A stretch of DNA of 64,000 nt, from NCBI GenBank assembly GCA_037447605.1, contig CM074823.1:1240001-1304000 (forward strand). The letters run 5' to 3'. The notes below the pieces were generated by a model. That model saw nothing but the letters and a program-made list of their open reading frames with translations, ran no database searches and was not told where the DNA came from. This DNA comes from Zygnema circumcarinatum SAG 698-1b (Eukaryota; Plantae; Zygnematophyceae). Below are positions 63,340-64,000 of the stretch, in pieces. Both the position numbers and the translations under genes were made by a program. Each line of letters begins with the position of its first letter. The first letter of the stretch is position 1.

Positions 63340-64000
63340 CCCTCTCCCTCTTCTTCTCGCTAACCCTCTCCTCTCCCGCTCTCCCTCTCCCACTCTCTGC
63401 TTCCTCTCCCCTGCCCTCTTCCACTCCCTCCCTTTATACTTGATCTTCAGCCTCCGTAAAGATAGCGAAAGGGGCGCCACGTGGCGCAACAAGTCAGGAA
63501 ACTCGTCCTACGTGGCGCCGAGTGATTCGTTGACAACTCGAAGCGGGCAGGACACGTGGCGATCAACGAACGGTCGGATGCTGGTCCTTCGCAAGTGCGA
63601 GGAGCGACACCCATTCGTCAGGTCCAGATCCTAAAATCTTGATCTTCCGAGAAGCCGACAAGGAAGGCGACAGCGCGCAAGATTTGAAATTCTACAAAAG
63701 ACAAAATTTCTAGATTCTTCAAATCTTCAAAATCTCGAAATTTAGAATCTTTTAGATTTTATAAATCTGATCCGAGGATCTGGTCGTAAGTCAAAGGACA
63801 GCTTTGCAGATTTTTCTCATTCACCCAATCACATAAACGTACAGAAACTAATCATCACTGCCATACATCTTACGTACGGCAGTCCCTGGTTTCCCTCTCC
63901 CTCCCTCCCTCTGCCCTCCCCTCTCTCTCTCCCGCCCTACCACTCTCCTCCCTCTCCCTCCCTCTCCCTGCCTCCCTCTCTCTCCCGCCCTACACTCTCC
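63340..64000 (+). repeat. Direct duplicate of 61358-62018
   Basis: Offset 1,982 nt; no differences seen by eye; begins immediately after the 10-N gap. Confidence 0.9.

Overview
Eukaryotic, plant-lineage (streptophyte) genomic DNA from a gapped draft assembly, with seven N gaps. The exact taxon cannot be determined from sequence; Arabidopsis-type TTTAGGG repeats and plant-type gene families point to a streptophyte alga or other non-model streptophyte. Five intron-rich protein-coding genes could be reconstructed by hand using GT-AG boundaries with consistent reading-frame phase. (1) A giant plant-type sacsin on the minus strand: 17 exons, >4,600 aa, running off the left edge. (2) A plant O-fucosyltransferase-family protein on the plus strand. 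(3) A GT92/galactan-synthase-like glycosyltransferase on the plus strand, with candidate micro-exons. (4) A KCBP/ZWICHEL-type MyTH4-FERM protein on the plus strand that appears to lack the kinesin motor. (5) A GT61 glycosyltransferase on the minus strand, with a SEPK-repeat stem and telomere-like introns. Almost every intron and 5' region is filled with a simple or minisatellite repeat (CT/GA, CCCT, CATA, CRTGA, TTGAC, TTATTAG, TTTAGGG), so most entries in the ORF track are low-complexity artefacts. Two 0.7-1.4 kb duplications next to 10-N gaps are probably assembly redundancy. The most notable observations are the motorless MyTH4-FERM gene, the 6/9/13-nt micro-exon candidates, unusual GTC 5' splice sites, telomere-repeat and branch-point-motif introns, and recurrent G-box modules. 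Family assignments come from recalled motifs, not database searches.
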